Assembly: GCA_041666745.1 (NCBI GenBank) | Contig: JBAYGI010000002.1 | Coordinates: 36,291-100,290 of the forward strand | Direction of reading: 5' to 3' | Source: Candidatus Magasanikiibacteriota bacterium | GTDB lineage: Bacteria; Patescibacteriota; Patescibacteriia; Magasanikbacterales; GWA2-37-8 | DNA: 64,000 nt | Part shown: positions 36,829 through 46,618 of the stretch, piece after piece | How positions within the stretch are numbered: the first letter of the stretch is position 1 | How the letters are laid out: each line of letters starts with the position of its first letter | Notes under the pieces: model-generated | What the model was told of the DNA's origin: nothing | Database searches by the model: none | What the model saw: only the letters and a program-made list of their open reading frames with translations | Made by a program: the position numbers and the translations under genes

Positions 36829-39244
36829 AATCTTTTTAAATTTGTTTTTAATTTCCATTTTTTCTGTGGCAGTAGTGTCCGGCTCTATTTATTATTTCGG
36901 TCGTCAAATAATTATAGATAATATTGCCAGTTACAATTATATTTTGGCGCAAAATGATATTGACGCGGTCGATCGTTTTGTTGATCGTCGATTGGAACGA
37001 TGGCAGTCGTATGTTTCCAGCAACACAGATTTATGGAATGCTTTGCATCAGTCGAATGATAAATTTGCAAAAATGGATGGTCGTGAAGTGTTTATAAAAA
37101 CTGAAGATGATGCTTGGAAAAAGGAAGACAAAAATACAATCACTCCATTCATGAAAACTATTTTGGAGAATCCTATTTCCGATGGTTTGCGATTGCGTAC
37201 GGCTTTTTATGAAAAACAATCCGGTTACAAAATCTTTCCTGAATTTTTTGTTACCAACAAATATGGGGCGTTGATAGCCACTACCAATAAGACCACTGAC
37301 TATCTCCAGTCCGATGAAGATTGGTGGCAAAAGGCCGAAGATGAGGGTGTGTGGGTCGGTGACCTATCTTTTGATGAGAGCAGTGGTGTAAATGGCTTGG
37401 AGTTTTGTATTCGCATTGATGATAACGAAGGTAATTTTGTGGGGGTGGCTAAAATTATCTATAATATTAAAGATATTTCCAATATTATTGATAGTGTTAT
37501 AAAACCACTGGCGAGCGGTGTTGAAATTACCAGTTTAGGTTTTACTCGCAAAACAGTTAATGTTAGTTTGCTCACCAAAGATAGGAAATTAATTTATTCA
37601 ACGAAAAGTGGTTTTGGTAATTTAAAGGATTATCCTTTTTCTTCCATATTAAATACAATGATTGATAGTCGCAAGCCATATTTGGTGGCTACGGTGGATG
37701 GAACAGAAAAACTGTTTAGTCATGGCGATTCTCTCGGGTATAGTGATTTTAAAGGATTTGGTTGGTCGTTGATGGTAGAAAAAGATACACAAGAAGTATT
37801 GGCGCCTCTGGGGGTATTGTTGAATTGGTTATTTGTTTCTATTTTGGTAGTTTTTGGTCTCGTAGTTATATTGGCGCTGTGGTTGTCTAGTTCTTTTAAT
37901 AAACCGATTAAAAAATTAATGCAAAAAGTGGAGCAAGTGGAAAATGGTGACCTAGACATTAAATTAGAATCGTTAAGTCGTGATGAAATTGGTCAATTGG
38001 CCAAATCATTTGGAGATATGGTGGTGGCGGTAAAGGAATCTCGTCGAGAAATAAATAAAAAAGTGGAAGAGCAAACCGCGGAAATTAGACAAAAGTCTTC
38101 AGATTTAATTGATAAACAAAAAGCCATTTTAAATATTTTGGAAGATGTTAAAACTGAGAAAGAAAATGTTGAACGCGAACGTGACAAAGTGAACGCGATT
38201 TTGCATGGTATTGGTGACGGAGTATTTGTGGTGGATAAAGATTATAAAATTACAGTATTCAATTCAGTGGCGGAAAATATTTCCGGTTTTAGCGTGAAAG
38301 AAGTGATCGGAAAGCGTTATAATTCGGTATTAAAGTTTGTGTTTGAAAAAGATGAAAAAGTTCAAGACGAATTTGTGCGTAGCGCTATGGAGAGTGGTAG
38401 GGTTAAACAAATGTCCAACCATACTGTGATGGTGCGTAAAGATGGTCAGCATATGCCGGTAGCTGATTCGGCGGCTCCGCTAAAAGATGAAAAAGGCAAG
38501 GTTGTCGGTTGTGTAGTGGTATTTCGCGATGTTACAAAGGAAAGAGAAATTGATAAAATGAAATCCGAGTTTGTTTCAGTAGCTTCGCATCAATTGAGTA
38601 CACCGCTTACCGGTATAAAATGGTTTACCGAATTGTTGTTGAAAAATAAATTAAGCCCAACCGCCAAAGATTATGTGAAGCAAATTGCTGTCAGCAATGA
38701 GCGCATGGTGCATTTGGTGGATGATCTATTGAATGTTTCGCGCATAGAAACCGGACGAAAGTTCGATATATTACCGGTCGAAGTGGATGTAGTGTCTATT
38801 TTAAATCAAGTGATAGACGCCCAAAATGTATTGGCCCCTCTTAAAAAATTAAAAATCGAATTGGAAAAATCTTCTCCCCAAAAATTAATTTTATTGGTGG
38901 ATGGTGAAAAAATGCGTCAGGTATTTCAAAATCTCGTCAACAATGCCTTTAAATATTCCAAAGAAGGCGGTCATGTCGAAGTTGGTATTAAAGAAGATAA
39001 AAATGCGGTGGTTTTTTATGTAAAAGATAGGGGAATTGGAATACCAGAGAATCAACAGCATAGATTATTCGAGAAATTTTTTCGAGCCACCAATGCTTTA
39101 ACCGCGCATACCGATGGTACCGGTCTAGGTTTGTATATCATAAAAGCGATTGTCGAGGGTCATAAAGGAAAAGTTTGGTTTGAATCAAAAGAAAATGTAG
39201 GAACAACTTTCTTTGTTTCTTTACCAATTTTGAGTAAAAAATAA
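36812..39244 (+). CDS. Membrane sensor histidine kinase (TM - ~300-aa extracytoplasmic sensor - TM - HAMP - PAS - HisKA - HATPase_c)
   Basis: H-box SVASHQLSTPLTGI, G-boxes DRGIGIP...GTGLGLYIIK; two TMs flanking periplasmic domain. Confidence 0.85.
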   Translation: MKIKSKIFLNLFLISIFSVAVVSGSIYYFGRQIIIDNIASYNYILAQNDIDAVDRFVDRRLERWQSYVSSNTDLWNALHQSNDKFAKMDGREVFIKTEDDAWKKEDKNTITPFMKTILENPISDGLRLRTAFYEKQSGYKIFPEFFVTNKYGALIATTNKTTDYLQSDEDWWQKAEDEGVWVGDLSFDESSGVNGLEFCIRIDDNEGNFVGVAKIIYNIKDISNIIDSVIKPLASGVEITSLGFTRKTVNVSLLTKDRKLIYSTKSGFGNLKDYPFSSILNTMIDSRKPYLVATVDGTEKLFSHGDSLGYSDFKGFGWSLMVEKDTQEVLAPLGVLLNWLFVSILVVFGLVVILALWLSSSFNKPIKKLMQKVEQVENGDLDIKLESLSRDEIGQLAKSFGDMVVAVKESRREINKKVEEQTAEIRQKSSDLIDKQKAILNILEDVKTEKENVERERDKVNAILHGIGDGVFVVDKDYKITVFNSVAENISGFSVKEVIGKRYNSVLKFVFEKDEKVQDEFVRSAMESGRVKQMSNHTVMVRKDGQHMPVADSAAPLKDEKGKVVGCVVVFRDVTKEREIDKMKSEFVSVASHQLSTPLTGIKWFTELLLKNKLSPTAKDYVKQIAVSNERMVHLVDDLLNVSRIETGRKFDILPVEVDVVSILNQVIDAQNVLAPLKKLKIELEKSSPQKLILLVDGEKMRQVFQNLVNNAFKYSKEGGHVEVGIKEDKNAVVFYVKDRGIGIPENQQHRLFEKFFRATNALTAHTDGTGLGLYIIKAIVEGHKGKVWFESKENVGTTFFVSLPILSKK

Positions 39245-39247
39245 AAT

Positions 39248-41125
39248 ATGCCAAAATCAAAATTAATCAGCAAGTGCATGGCCGAGCATGAAAGCGGGCA
39301 ATGTCACCTTTTTCGTCTGTTTTTTGAATACAGTCCGGATCCGATGTTTATCGAAACTATCGATGGAAAAATACTAGACTGCAATGTGTCTGCTTTGAAA
39401 ATGTTGGGCTATACCAAACATGAAATGTTGAGTTTGAATGTGGAGGATTTAATCCCAAAAGATAAAAGAAAAATTTTGCCGGAAATAATGAAGAAAATAA
39501 TTCATGTCGGTTCCGCTGTTTTGGAAAGTGAAAATATCAAAAAAGACGGTTCAGTTGTCCAAGTAGAAGCGCATTTAAAACTGATTCATCAAGAGGGGCG
39601 ACCACTAATATTTGCGGTAGTTGTAAATATTGGGCACCATAAAAAGATTGAAAAAGATTTAAAAGATAGTGAGGAAAAGTATAGAACTTTGTTTTTGCAC
39701 CAAGATGCGATCCTTGCTTCTATTCCGGATATTATCATGGAAGTTGATAAAAACAAGGTATATACTTGGGCAAACAAAAAGGGTTTTGAATTTTTTGGAG
39801 CTGACGTATTAGGTAAACGAGCGTCTCATTATTTTATAGGCAAACAAGCAACTTACAAAATAGTCGAGCCTCTTTTTGTTGGTACAAAAGATGCTATATA
39901 TGTGGAAAGTTGGCAAAGAAGAAAGGATGGAGAAAAACGATTGCTGGCTTGGTGGTCCAGATCGTTAAAAGATGATCAAGGAAATATTATTGGCGCAATT
40001 TCTACAGCGCGTGATGTTACCGATTATAGGTTGATGGAGGAAAAATTAATAGAAAACAAAAAAAGAGATGAAATCGTCTTTAGTTCAATCGTAGATACAA
40101 TTTTTGTTTGCGATAAAAAGGGTAAAATTTTAAATTTTAACAAAGCGGCTGAGAATTTGACTGGTATTTCTGCGAAAGAAGCAATCGGGAGTCATTATCA
40201 CAGAGTGTTTAGTTTTGTTGAAGAGGTTAGCAATAAACCTAGCTATGATTTTATAGTTGAAGCGATAGAAAAAGAAAAAATAATAAAAAATATCAACCAC
40301 ATGATGCTTGTTTTGAAAGATGGGAGAAAGATATCGATATCCGGGTCAACCGCGCCAATAAAGAATACTAAAGAAGGGACGGTTGGATGTGTGGTGACAT
40401 TGCGAGATATAACAAAAGAAAGAGCGGTGGATAAAACAAAATCAGAATTTGTTTCCGTAGCTTCGCATCAGTTGCGTACACCACTCACTGGTATTAAATG
40501 GTTTGTTGAATTGTTATTAAAAAATAAATTAAGTCCAACCGTAAAAGATTATATTGATCAAATCGCTATCAGCAATGAGCGTATGATACGTTTAGTGGAC
40601 GATTTGTTGAGTGTCTCACACATAGAAACAGGGCGAAGGTTTAATGTGGTTGCAAATGTTGTAGATGTAGTACCTGTTTTAAGACAGATTATGGATGAAC
40701 AGCGTTTGTTGGCCAAGTTGAAGAAAGTGGAATTAGTGTGCAGTAAAACCGCTCCATTGGAATTAATACTGAAGGTGGATGTAGAAAAAATACGGATAAT
40801 ATTTCAAAATTTAATCAGTAATGCTGTTAAATATTCAAAAAAAGGCGGTAAGGTGGAAGTGGGTTGCGAACAGCAAGACAAACAGGTGGTTTTCTATGTA
40901 AGAGACTTTGGTTTTGGTATACCGGATAGTGATAAGCATAGAATTTTTGAAAAGTTTTTTCGTGGTGAAAATGCTTTGTTGGCCAATACCGATGGTACGG
41001 GGCTGGGTCTTTTTATCGTGAAGGCGGCCGTAGAAGATCATGGAGGTGAGATTTGGTTTGAATCACAAAAAAATAAAGGTTCAACCTTTTATTTTTCTTT
41101 GCCGACGGTGAATAAAAAAAATTGA
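39248..41125 (+). CDS. Cytoplasmic multi-PAS sensor histidine kinase, paralog of upstream kinase
   Basis: Three PAS/PAC modules, H-box SVASHQLRTPLTGI, HATPase_c; C-terminal ~240 aa highly similar to 36812..39244. Confidence 0.85.
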   Translation: MPKSKLISKCMAEHESGQCHLFRLFFEYSPDPMFIETIDGKILDCNVSALKMLGYTKHEMLSLNVEDLIPKDKRKILPEIMKKIIHVGSAVLESENIKKDGSVVQVEAHLKLIHQEGRPLIFAVVVNIGHHKKIEKDLKDSEEKYRTLFLHQDAILASIPDIIMEVDKNKVYTWANKKGFEFFGADVLGKRASHYFIGKQATYKIVEPLFVGTKDAIYVESWQRRKDGEKRLLAWWSRSLKDDQGNIIGAISTARDVTDYRLMEEKLIENKKRDEIVFSSIVDTIFVCDKKGKILNFNKAAENLTGISAKEAIGSHYHRVFSFVEEVSNKPSYDFIVEAIEKEKIIKNINHMMLVLKDGRKISISGSTAPIKNTKEGTVGCVVTLRDITKERAVDKTKSEFVSVASHQLRTPLTGIKWFVELLLKNKLSPTVKDYIDQIAISNERMIRLVDDLLSVSHIETGRRFNVVANVVDVVPVLRQIMDEQRLLAKLKKVELVCSKTAPLELILKVDVEKIRIIFQNLISNAVKYSKKGGKVEVGCEQQDKQVVFYVRDFGFGIPDSDKHRIFEKFFRGENALLANTDGTGLGLFIVKAAVEDHGGEIWFESQKNKGSTFYFSLPTVNKKN

Positions 41126-41194
41126 TTTGATTTTTTGTCAGTTTTTTATTTTCGTGATATAATAGTCATAGGTAATTATTTAAAAGAGGGGTAT

Positions 41195-41581
41195 ATGTTT
41201 ACAAACTCAAAAGATATTTTATATTTAGTTATTTCGTTTTGCGTGCTGTGGGTGACTTTTTTCTTGTGTTGGATGTTTTATTATTTGATGCGTTTGTTGC
41301 GCAATGCCAATGAGATCGTCGAGGAATTTCGGGTGCGACTGCAGACTTTGACCGAGGCTATAAATTATATTCGCGGAAAAGTGGAACACATGTCCGGTTT
41401 GATGACTTTGATTACTGACGGCGCTTCCGGTTTGATTCAAAAAGTAATCGCCAAAAAAACCCACGAATGGGTAGAGGATGGATCCGAAAAGATAAATAAA
41501 AGCGCCAAAGAGGCGGTGGCTAGGGCAGTGGCTGTGACTGCTAAAAAAATGAAGAAAGCTACTAAGGCGATCAAAAAATAA
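41195..41581 (+). CDS. Hypothetical small membrane protein (1 TM + helical Lys-rich tail)
   Basis: ATG at 41195 preceded by AGAGGGG RBS; TM LYLVISFCVLWVTFFLCWMFYYL. Confidence 0.5.
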   Translation: MFTNSKDILYLVISFCVLWVTFFLCWMFYYLMRLLRNANEIVEEFRVRLQTLTEAINYIRGKVEHMSGLMTLITDGASGLIQKVIAKKTHEWVEDGSEKINKSAKEAVARAVAVTAKKMKKATKAIKK

Positions 41582-41690
41582 TAAAAAATACGCACATATA
41601 ACCACCTTTTCGCTTTTTTCAGCCGCGAGGCTGAAAGGATGAGCCTCGGCTCATAACCCGCTCAAAGGTAATTATATGTGCGTATTTTTT
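41582..41690 (+). ncRNA. Unclassified structured RNA / terminator-embedded conserved element, copy 2 (outer stem ATACGCACATATAA/TTATATGTGCGTAT)
   Basis: Core 41602-41671 matches 9020-9089 except compensatory changes in GCGA hairpin; flanked by A-run and U-run. Confidence 0.5.
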
Positions 41691-41699
41691 ATTATTTTT

Positions 41700-41728
41700 T
41701 TGACTGTGGATAAGGTTTGGAGTATGAT
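41700..41728 (+). promoter_or_regulatory. Sigma70-like promoter TTGACT-N17-TATGAT for gdh
   Basis: Consensus-like hexamers ~30 nt upstream of start. Confidence 0.45.
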
Positions 41729-41759
41729 TAACAATTATATTTAATTTTTAATTGTGAAT

Positions 41760-42986
41760 ATGCAAAATCCGTTCGAAAATGCGTTGGTTCAGTTGGAAAA
41801 AGCGGCCAAAATCATGAATCTGGATAAAAATATCTATGAGATATTGAAACAGCCGGATCGTATTTTGATTGTATCAATACCGGTAAAAATGGACAGTGGT
41901 GAGGTGAAGGTGTTTACTGGTTATCGTTCTCAATACAACAATGCCATGGGGCCATATAAAGGTGGTATTCGTTATCATGAAAATGTGTCGATTGATGAGG
42001 TGAAGGCGTTGTCTTTTTGGATGATGGTCAAGTGCGCTACCGTGAATATTCCGATGGGTGGCGGAAAGGGTGGTATTATCGTAGATTCCAAGAAATTGTC
42101 GGTGGGTGAGTTGGAGAGGTTATCGCGTGGTTATATCCAAAAAATTTGGCGTGAAATCGGGTCGGACAAGGATGTACCAGCGCCGGATATGTATACCACT
42201 CCGCAAATTATGGGGTGGATGAGGGATGAGTTTGAAAAACTTTTGGGTCAGGCTGATCCGGGGGTAATTACCGGTAAAGCAATCGCGGATGGTGGTAGTG
42301 AGGGGCGTGAAACAGCCACGGCTCAGGGTGGGGTTTATGTGGTGCGTGAATTGGCCAAAAAATTAAATTTAAATCCGAGTGAAGTAAAAGTGGTGATCCA
42401 GGGCATGGGCAATGTTGGTGGTTTTATGGCCAAATTACTGAGTGCGGATGGTTATAAAATTATTGCGATTAGTGACAGTAAAGGTGGAATATACAATGAA
42501 AACGGTTTGGATGTGTCAGCGGTATTTGAACACAAAAAACAAACTGGATCGTTGGTTGGTTTTGTGGGTGCTCAAATTGTTTCCAATGAACAGTTGTTGG
42601 AATTGAATACGGATATTTTGGTGCCTTCAGCTATGGAAAACCAAATCACTTCTCAAAATGTCAATAATATCAAAGCGAAAATAATAGTTGAAATGGCCAA
42701 CGGTCCAACCACTCCGGAAGCGGATGAAATTTTGGCTGGGCGCAATATTATCGTGGTGCCAGATGTTTTGTCCAATGCCGGTGGGGTGACGGTCAGTTGT
42801 TTTGAATGGGAACAAAATATTAAAAATGAAAAATGGACTGAGGCGCAAGTGTTTGCGAAGTTAGAGCCGATGATGGTACAGTCCTTTGGTGAGGTTTGGG
42901 ATACCAAAGAAAAATACCAGATCACTATGCGCGCGGCGGCCTTTGTAAAAGCGATTGAACGAGTAGCCAACAAAATGATTGTTTAA
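41760..42986 (+). CDS. gdhA: Glutamate dehydrogenase (Glu/Leu/Phe/Val dehydrogenase family)
   Basis: ...GPYKGGIRYHENVSIDEVKALSFWMMVKCATVNIPMGGGKGGI... catalytic motif, NAD(P) Rossmann GMGNVG; ATG at 41760 (GTG 41754 alternative). Confidence 0.9.
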   Translation: MQNPFENALVQLEKAAKIMNLDKNIYEILKQPDRILIVSIPVKMDSGEVKVFTGYRSQYNNAMGPYKGGIRYHENVSIDEVKALSFWMMVKCATVNIPMGGGKGGIIVDSKKLSVGELERLSRGYIQKIWREIGSDKDVPAPDMYTTPQIMGWMRDEFEKLLGQADPGVITGKAIADGGSEGRETATAQGGVYVVRELAKKLNLNPSEVKVVIQGMGNVGGFMAKLLSADGYKIIAISDSKGGIYNENGLDVSAVFEHKKQTGSLVGFVGAQIVSNEQLLELNTDILVPSAMENQITSQNVNNIKAKIIVEMANGPTTPEADEILAGRNIIVVPDVLSNAGGVTVSCFEWEQNIKNEKWTEAQVFAKLEPMMVQSFGEVWDTKEKYQITMRAAAFVKAIERVANKMIV

Positions 42987-42999
42987 GTAAAATTCGGTT

Positions 43000-44763
43000 A
43001 TGTTAGGCAGAGAGCGAATAAAAAAATGGTCACCATATATTTTGGTAATACTTTTATATTCGCTCTCTTTTTTTATCTTAACATATCCGCTGATAAAAAA
43101 TTTCGGTAGTGGCATTATTGGCTATCAAGGGAGTGACGCGCCGATATTTTTTTGGAATGCTTGGTTTTGGAAACAAAAATTATTAAACTGGGATTGGTCG
43201 TATTTTACCAATCTTATTTTTTTTCCATTGTATCCATCAGTACTGTTGCATACCAATACTCAGGTGCAAGGGCTATTGGCGACGATAATCGGATTGGTAA
43301 CCGGTAATTCGACCTTGGGCTTCAATTTGGTTTTTTGGTTTTCCACGGTGGCGGGCGCGTTTTTTGCGTTTTTATTTTTTAATTTAAAAACAAAAAATAC
43401 CATCGCGTCTTTTTTGGCCGGACAATATTTTGGCTTTCAGCACTTGTTTGGGATATATAGTTTATTTGGCACCCAAAATGTATTAAGTTTTTGGTATCTT
43501 CCGGCTAGTCTTTATTTCTTTGAACTATTTTTAATTAAAGCGAAAAAAAATTATCTGTTTTGGTTGGCGGTAATATTAAGTTTGGCATTTTATAATGAGC
43601 TGATAGTTTTTTTATTTTCCATTGCGACCATTTTTTTGTATGGCTTGGGAGTGATGGTTTTGGAAAAAAAGAAAATCAAAACATATTTGATTCCCGCTTT
43701 ATTAGTCGTTGTTATATTTTTTGTTTTGTCTTTGCCAAAAATATTGGCCATAAATTGGAAAGCCGGTGGAGCAGGGGATACTCCCACACCCACCTTGATG
43801 GATGTGGATTATTATCACAGTGATATTATAAATTTATTTCGTCCATCGGTGCATCATTTGATAGGTGATCAACTTGGCCGGTTGGGCGGTAACTTTGCCC
43901 TATATAATGGCAACGCATTTTTGGGTTTTTCTTTTTTCTTGGTGTTGTTTATTTGGTTGTTGTATTACAAAAAACATAAATCGTCATCAGAAGATAAAAA
44001 CAGTTTTTTAATATATAGTTTTGGAGCGGTGATGATATTTTTGTTGGCCTGTGGTCCGTATTTACATTTGTTTGGTTATGCTACCGGTATAGTGATGCCC
44101 CACTGGTTTATATTCAAGCTCTGGTCGGGGATAAACAATTTGCGCGTGCCACCACGCTGGCTATTTGTGTTTATATTTTTCATCGCCGGAATTTTGTCGT
44201 TGTGGTTAAAAAATATCTTTGAGCATACAACCAAACAAATGAAAATATTTTTAAGTTTAGTTATTTATTCGTTGTTGATTTTTGATTGTTGGTTTGTTCC
44301 CAAAAATATTATTTTTACCACCCCTGATTCGCCGGTATTTGAAAAAATCGTCGCGGACAAAAACGGCAGTGTGCTAGAGGTTCCGGTTTTGATTGCGAGC
44401 GGTCAGTTCAATTTGAATGGTAGTGAATATTCATCATTGTTGCGCCAAACTTGGCACCAGCACCAACAACTCGGCGGGATGCTCAGTCGTTTGCCGTTTG
44501 CTTGGCGAGATTATTATCAACAGGCTCCGGTATTAAAATATTTTATAAATTATGAAACCACACTGGCGGATCAAGCGGATTTGGAAAAAGATAATATAAA
44601 TAATTTTGTAAAAGTTTATGATTTGCGGTATATTATTTTGGATAAAAGCAAGTTATCTATATCAGATAAAGCGGGAAAAAGTTTGTTAGAATATATTAAT
44701 AATAAATTAAAGTTTAAAGTTTATTTTGAAGATGATAAATATTTGGTATTTATCGTCAAATAA
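43000..44763 (+). CDS. Polytopic integral membrane protein (587 aa), possibly GT-C-like glycosyltransferase
   Basis: >10 predicted TM segments, aromatic-rich; no firm family assignment. Confidence 0.45.
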   Translation: MLGRERIKKWSPYILVILLYSLSFFILTYPLIKNFGSGIIGYQGSDAPIFFWNAWFWKQKLLNWDWSYFTNLIFFPLYPSVLLHTNTQVQGLLATIIGLVTGNSTLGFNLVFWFSTVAGAFFAFLFFNLKTKNTIASFLAGQYFGFQHLFGIYSLFGTQNVLSFWYLPASLYFFELFLIKAKKNYLFWLAVILSLAFYNELIVFLFSIATIFLYGLGVMVLEKKKIKTYLIPALLVVVIFFVLSLPKILAINWKAGGAGDTPTPTLMDVDYYHSDIINLFRPSVHHLIGDQLGRLGGNFALYNGNAFLGFSFFLVLFIWLLYYKKHKSSSEDKNSFLIYSFGAVMIFLLACGPYLHLFGYATGIVMPHWFIFKLWSGINNLRVPPRWLFVFIFFIAGILSLWLKNIFEHTTKQMKIFLSLVIYSLLIFDCWFVPKNIIFTTPDSPVFEKIVADKNGSVLEVPVLIASGQFNLNGSEYSSLLRQTWHQHQQLGGMLSRLPFAWRDYYQQAPVLKYFINYETTLADQADLEKDNINNFVKVYDLRYIILDKSKLSISDKAGKSLLEYINNKLKFKVYFEDDKYLVFIVK

Positions 44764-44778
44764 ATTTATAATAAAAAT

Positions 44779-45648
44779 ATGCCTGAATTACCGGAAGTAG
44801 AAACAATTCGCCGTGATTTGGAAAATAAAATTACCGGTGAAAAAATTAAAGATATTAAAATTTTGGCTACCAAAAGCATTCACAATAAATCTTCGGATTT
44901 TTTAAAAGTTTTGGTGGGTAATAATTTTAAACATATTGAACGCCGTGGTAAGTTGTTGATGTTGGCTTTGAGTAAAGTGGATAAATTTGCCTATCTGTTG
45001 GTGCATTTGAAAATGACCGGACAATTAATTTATCGTAACAAAAAACAATTGTTGGTTGGTGGCCATAGTCAAACTGGCATGACTACTGGGGTACCCAACA
45101 AATTCACACGCGCCATCTTCGTGTTTAGTAATGGTGGGCAGTTATTTTTCAACGATTTGCGTCGGTTTGGATATTTGAAATTGGTGTCGAAAGAAGAAAA
45201 AGAAAAAATAGTGACTAACAATTTTGGTATTGAACCGTTAACGCCGGATTATACTTTGGAAGCGTTTGCCGATTTATTCAAAAAGCGTCAGACCAATATC
45301 AAGGCACTGCTTTTGAATCAAAAATTAATTGCCGGTATTGGCAATATTTATGCCGACGAGACTTGTTTTGAAGCTCGGATTTTACCGTTTAGAAAAGTAT
45401 CAAGCTTGACTGGACAAGAAATTAAAAAACTTTATCGAGCGATTGAACATGTTTTAAAATTATCTATAAAAAACCGTGGAACAACCTTTAATAATTATGT
45501 AGATAGTGATGGTAATATCGGTAGTCATATTAATTTTTTAAAAGTGTATGGACGAGCTGGTCAAAAATGTAGGCGTTGTCGGCATATTATTTTAAAGAAA
45601 AAACATGCCGGGCGCGGTACGCATTATTGCGCTAATTGCCAGAAATAA
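44779..45648 (+). CDS. mutM: Formamidopyrimidine-DNA glycosylase (Fpg/MutM)
   Basis: MPELPEVETIRRDL catalytic N-terminus (Pro2, Glu3), H2TH, C-terminal zinc finger CRRC...CANC. Confidence 0.9.
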   Translation: MPELPEVETIRRDLENKITGEKIKDIKILATKSIHNKSSDFLKVLVGNNFKHIERRGKLLMLALSKVDKFAYLLVHLKMTGQLIYRNKKQLLVGGHSQTGMTTGVPNKFTRAIFVFSNGGQLFFNDLRRFGYLKLVSKEEKEKIVTNNFGIEPLTPDYTLEAFADLFKKRQTNIKALLLNQKLIAGIGNIYADETCFEARILPFRKVSSLTGQEIKKLYRAIEHVLKLSIKNRGTTFNNYVDSDGNIGSHINFLKVYGRAGQKCRRCRHIILKKKHAGRGTHYCANCQK

Positions 45649-45651
45649 TTT

Positions 45652-46554
45652 ATGAATTTGCCCGGCTGTACTGTTACCCTATGTACTTATAATCGTTTGG
45701 CATCTTTGAAAAAGAGTTTGAGTTCTTTGTTGTCTTTGGATTATCCGGAATTTGAAATTGTGATTATCAATGATGCTTCTACCGACGGCACTGCCAAGTA
45801 TCTAGCTACTTTAAAGGATCCAAAAATAAAAATAGTCAATCATCAAAAAAATCTCGGTTTAAGCGAAGCGAGAAATAGCGGAATTAAATCTGCTCATTAT
45901 GATTTTATTGCATCGATAGATGATGATTGTGTAGCCGATAAAAATTGGTTAAAAAATTTAATGACCGGTTTTACTTCCGACGAAATCGCTTTTGTGTTTG
46001 GACAGGTTTTTTATATCTCAGAAAATTATCACGGATATTTTCCGGAAAGATTGGTGCAAAATATCGGAGCTCGTTGGCCGATGGGAGGTAATATCGTTTA
46101 TCGTAAAAAAGTTTTTGATAAAATCGGTTATCTAAATTCGGATTTTTTTTATTTCAACAACGAAGACAGTGAAATTGCTATTCGAGCGGTGGCCAATGGT
46201 TTTGGATATGCGCGCGCTAGCAACGCGATTATTATTCATGAGTCGGCCAACTGGAATGTGCAATCACTGTGGCGCTCAGCTCGTAACGGGGCAGTGTGGC
46301 CAAAGCTAAAAAAACTCTACCCCAAACATTATTTGCATTTCCGCCCAAAAATATTATGGGGGTTGGTTGTTTTACCATGGGATTATTTTTTTATTCTTAC
46401 TTTACCGGTCTGCGTTCCGATATTATTGGTACGTTACGTGGTTCATGGTAAACGTGATTTTAAAATATTTTTTGCCAAGTGGCCGATTTTGCTGTTTTTG
46501 CGTCGCTATTATATTTGGAAGGAAGCGGTCAAAAATAAAGTTTGGATGTTTTGA
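45652..46554 (+). CDS. Glycosyltransferase family 2 with C-terminal TM region
   Basis: ...VTLCTYNRLASLKKSL...YPEFEIVIINDASTDGT... GT-A DxD region. Confidence 0.75.
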   Translation: MNLPGCTVTLCTYNRLASLKKSLSSLLSLDYPEFEIVIINDASTDGTAKYLATLKDPKIKIVNHQKNLGLSEARNSGIKSAHYDFIASIDDDCVADKNWLKNLMTGFTSDEIAFVFGQVFYISENYHGYFPERLVQNIGARWPMGGNIVYRKKVFDKIGYLNSDFFYFNNEDSEIAIRAVANGFGYARASNAIIIHESANWNVQSLWRSARNGAVWPKLKKLYPKHYLHFRPKILWGLVVLPWDYFFILTLPVCVPILLVRYVVHGKRDFKIFFAKWPILLFLRRYYIWKEAVKNKVWMF

Positions 46555-46618
46555 GTTTGGTGACATCCTTGCAATTTCTGCCTATTTTAGATAAGATAGT
46601 TGGGTATTTATTATCATT

